From Octopus bimaculoides (taxonomy: Eukaryota), in assembly GCF_001194135.2 (NCBI RefSeq), contig NC_068988.1, positions 57,584,783-57,622,468 of the forward strand: a stretch of DNA of 37,686 nt, written 5' to 3'. The notes below the pieces were generated by a model. It worked only from the letters and a program-made list of their open reading frames with translations, had not been told where the DNA came from and made no database searches. Position numbers and translations under genes: made by a program. This document shows positions 34,489-37,686 of this stretch, in pieces (within the stretch, counting starts at the first letter, position 1; each line of letters opens with the position of its first letter).

Positions 34489-35092
34489 GCCCACATTATT
34501 GATTATTCTACTATTATATTACCTGTATGAGACCCTACCATATGCACACACTTTCACATATACAATATACATACAAACATGTATATATTCATATACATCC
34601 AAATATACACATGTATACACATATTAACTTTCTGCTAATCTCAATCTCACAGATAGATAGATAGGCAGACACAACAAACACACACTCATAGACAACACAT
34701 ACACGTGCACATGCATGCATGTAGATACATATATAGACTGCATGACATCGACATTAACATACACAACTTGACACTCATGTATATTTACAGACAGACAGTA
34801 GGCACATACATATATATACATAATTAATATCAATGACAACTAGACATATGCACGCACATTCACACACTTGCTCAAACATGCACACATTAGCAATCATATG
34901 CATAAACTGGAAAAAAGGACACACAGACACACACACTACATATACATAGGCATGTACTCGCCCGCATGCAAACACAAGTGTATACATACATAAACACACA
35001 TGCACCTACATGACAGATAGACGCACAGACACACCCATACACACTTTAACTGTCAGACATGATATAAATGAAGTCCCCATTATTATCATCAA

Positions 35093-35136
<44 letters not shown>

Positions 35137-35574
35137 CCATCAACATCTATCAACTACCATTTGTGTTGTACATTATCATAAATGCACCACACATCCCATT
35201 CTGTCATCATTGTCCCAACTTCATCAGCAGTCATAGCATCACTGTCCTACATCAGAAATGACATTCATGGTTTATCCTCCCATGGGGCATTTCACAGATG
35301 ATGACTTGACTGGTTGGCAACACTGAGTATCAAAGACAATACCCACCCATCTGACAAGCTGTAGTCATCTTCCTGTTATGTTGTTGGTCAGCTGGGGGAG
35401 GAGGTTACCATAAAACTATTCATTGGTTACTTTCTTTCCATCAGATGAAACTGAAGGTCATCCGCACCACTTGAAGACATCCACCAATGTGGGACATTGT
35501 GACACAATATCGCTATTAGTTGTTCACGTGACTCAATGTTCACAGATACTTTTCATCTATTAAACCTATTTACA

Positions 35575-35725
35575 GTGCTAAGGCATGGCTGTGTAGTTGA
35601 GAAGCTCACTTTGCAACCCTGTAGTTCTGTAGTTTCAGGTTCAGTCCCCCTGCGCAGTACTTTGGACACATGTCTTCTAGGCCTACCCATTCCTTGCAAT
35701 TAAATTTAGTAGATAGAAAATGTAT
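35575..35725 (+). mobile_element. old SINE family A-related head
   Basis: GGCATGGCTGTGTAGTTGAGAAGCTCACTTTGCAACC...CAGGTTCAGTCCC...GGAGGCTCATCATATGTG. Confidence 0.6.
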
Positions 35726-35794
35726 GGAGGCTCATCATATGTGTGTGATTGTGTGTGTGTGTATAAAATTCATATACATATATAACACCCTAAC

Positions 35795-36050
35795 TTAGTT
35801 GTATACCATGATCTCGCAATCGTGAGATCGTGGTTTCAATTCCTAGAGCAGGTGATATGTTGTGTTCTTGAGCGAAACACCTCATCTCACGTTGTTCTAT
35901 GATCACAGCTCTATGGTACATGTTCAGACATCGATTTGATGGAGAGAGTGAGATAATGTGCAGCACAAACATTTGATCACTATAAACAAATCATTTGTGC
36001 AGGTCATTTGGCAAAAGCTGAATGCTCATTCATGGTCTTTGACTAGAGAG
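35795..36050 (+). mobile_element. tRNA-derived SINE, family C-like head
   Basis: GATCGTGGTTTCAATTCC (B box-like) and TTGTGTTCTTGAGC.AAACAC are shared with 36870-37110. The 3' body differs. Confidence 0.55.
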
Positions 36051-36284
36051 TCCATCATATATACACATAAATACTTATATATTCTTATTTTTGTTGTCTT
36101 ATACTCCAAATTTCTTGAAATTCTTCTGAACAATATTTGGATTAATTTATTATACATGAGGAATTACCTTGGCTGTTTATTCCAGTTGCATTAATTGGTA
36201 TCTGATTGTTTGATGTAATTAACCAAATTCGTTTAACACTTAGTGCTTTATAGATATCTGCCTGGATTTTTTAATCCCTTTTAC

Positions 36285-36615
<331 letters not shown>

Positions 36616-36619
36616 AACA

Positions 36620-37330
36620 TGCAGTAGTAGCTACAGAATACCTTTGTACAGGGGTTGTTATTATAATATACCTGTACACAGTTGTAACTATTATAGGGTA
36701 CCTCTATGCAGTGGTAGCTATTGTAGGGTACCTTTTCCACAGTGATCTATATTATAAAGTATTCACTTACTATTAGTTATAATATGATATCTACTAACAG
36801 TGGTAGCCATTATAAAGTCCCTATATACAATGGTAGCTATTATATGGTACATATTTACAGTACTATATGCAGCAGTAGTGGTAAGGGTGCTGGACTCATG
36901 ATCATAAGGTTGTGGTTTCAATTCCTGGATCAGGCAATGCATTGTGTTCTTGAGCAAAGCACTTCATTTCACGCTGCTCCAGTCCACTCAGCTGGCAAAA
37001 ATGAGTAACCCTGCGATGGACCAGCATCCCATCTAGGTGGGGAATATGTATATATACAATGAAACCAGGAAACTGGCCCTGTGAGTCGTCAGGACTCAAG
37101 AAGGTAACCATACCTTTAGCTTGACCTTAAAATACCATGATAGACATTATAAGGTGAAATTTTCAGAGGTACCTAATGTGAAATACCTATTTAAATCCTA
37201 GCTATTATAAGGTACTTTTATACAGTAGTAGACATGATAATGTACCTCAGTACAATAATACCTATTTTACAGTACCTATTTCCAGGGTTAGTTATTATCA
37301 AAATCTACCATCAGTTAGCTGCCAGTACAG
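36620..37330 (+). repeat. degenerate ~30 bp minisatellite, interrupted by a SINE
   Basis: Unit close to CAGTGGTAGCTATTATAGGGTACCT.TATA at 36620-36870. It resumes more degenerately at about 37130-37330. Confidence 0.65.
36870..37110 (+). mobile_element. tRNA-derived SINE family C
   Basis: AGTGGTAAGG (A box-like), GGTTTCAATTCC (B box-like), TGTGTTCTTGAGCAAAGCACTT, TGCTCCAGTCCACTCAGCTG..AAAATGAGTA, and CCTGCGATGGACCAGCATCCC, which resembles the V-SINE domain (from recall). Confidence 0.7.
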
Positions 37331-37359
37331 AATAATTCCTTTTCATTTTTATTACAACA

Positions 37360-37686
37360 CTAGCAGAAACACCCGGCGTTGCCCGGGTTAAGGAGAATAA
37401 TGAAATCTAAAAACGCTGTCTAGACTACGCAACCCTCAACTGTTAGTAGCTACGATACCATATTTCTACATTAATAACTCTCCAATCCATGCCAGCATGG
37501 AACATAGATATTAAGTGGAATGCTAGAAGAAAGTTTTCAACTCATATGTATATAAAGTAAATACACGTAATTCAGAAACACGTTTTTGTGTATCTTATTT
37601 CGTAACCAAACAAACAGGTACAGATTATAAATAATGAAAGGCCAATTTTGGTGATTCATTTGACAGAGGTAGTAGAGAGACAATGC
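37360..37686 (-). mobile_element. Helitron 3' terminus; element probably continues past the window end
   Basis: The minus strand reads ACCCGG-GCAACG-CCGGGT-GTTTCTG-CTAG|T: a GC-rich hairpin just upstream of CTAG followed by T, the canonical Helitron 3' end. Confidence 0.75.

Overview
Eukaryotic, repeat-saturated non-coding DNA from a gapped draft assembly. The SINE and LINE-tail families match those I recall from octopus genomes, so the source is most likely Octopus; I could not check this against a database. No protein-coding gene can be supported: nearly all ORF-track entries are translations of microsatellites, N-gaps or SINEs. The window holds about 15 full or partial copies of a bipartite tRNA-derived SINE (family A: head + microsatellite + tail), two other SINE families (B, C), RTE-like LINE 3' tails, about 22 copies of a short 'ATTTCTAGCAGGTCGAG' repeat (family X), Tc1/mariner and hAT-like MITEs, a Helentron-type element, a Helitron 3' end and a Penelope-like remnant. 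Best leads: (1) a Penelope-type minimal hammerhead ribozyme fold at 1362-1409 with a reciprocal A:U to G:C change in the core; (2) a three-zone pattern of CpG decay in the repeats, suggesting methylated / unmethylated / methylated domains; (3) several inverted SINE or LINE pairs that would form long dsRNA if transcribed; (4) four isolated hairpins (2119, 6918, 22462, 25252); (5) ~150-240 bp head-to-tail arrays of family X; (6) two promoter-like motif clusters (8425, 11564).
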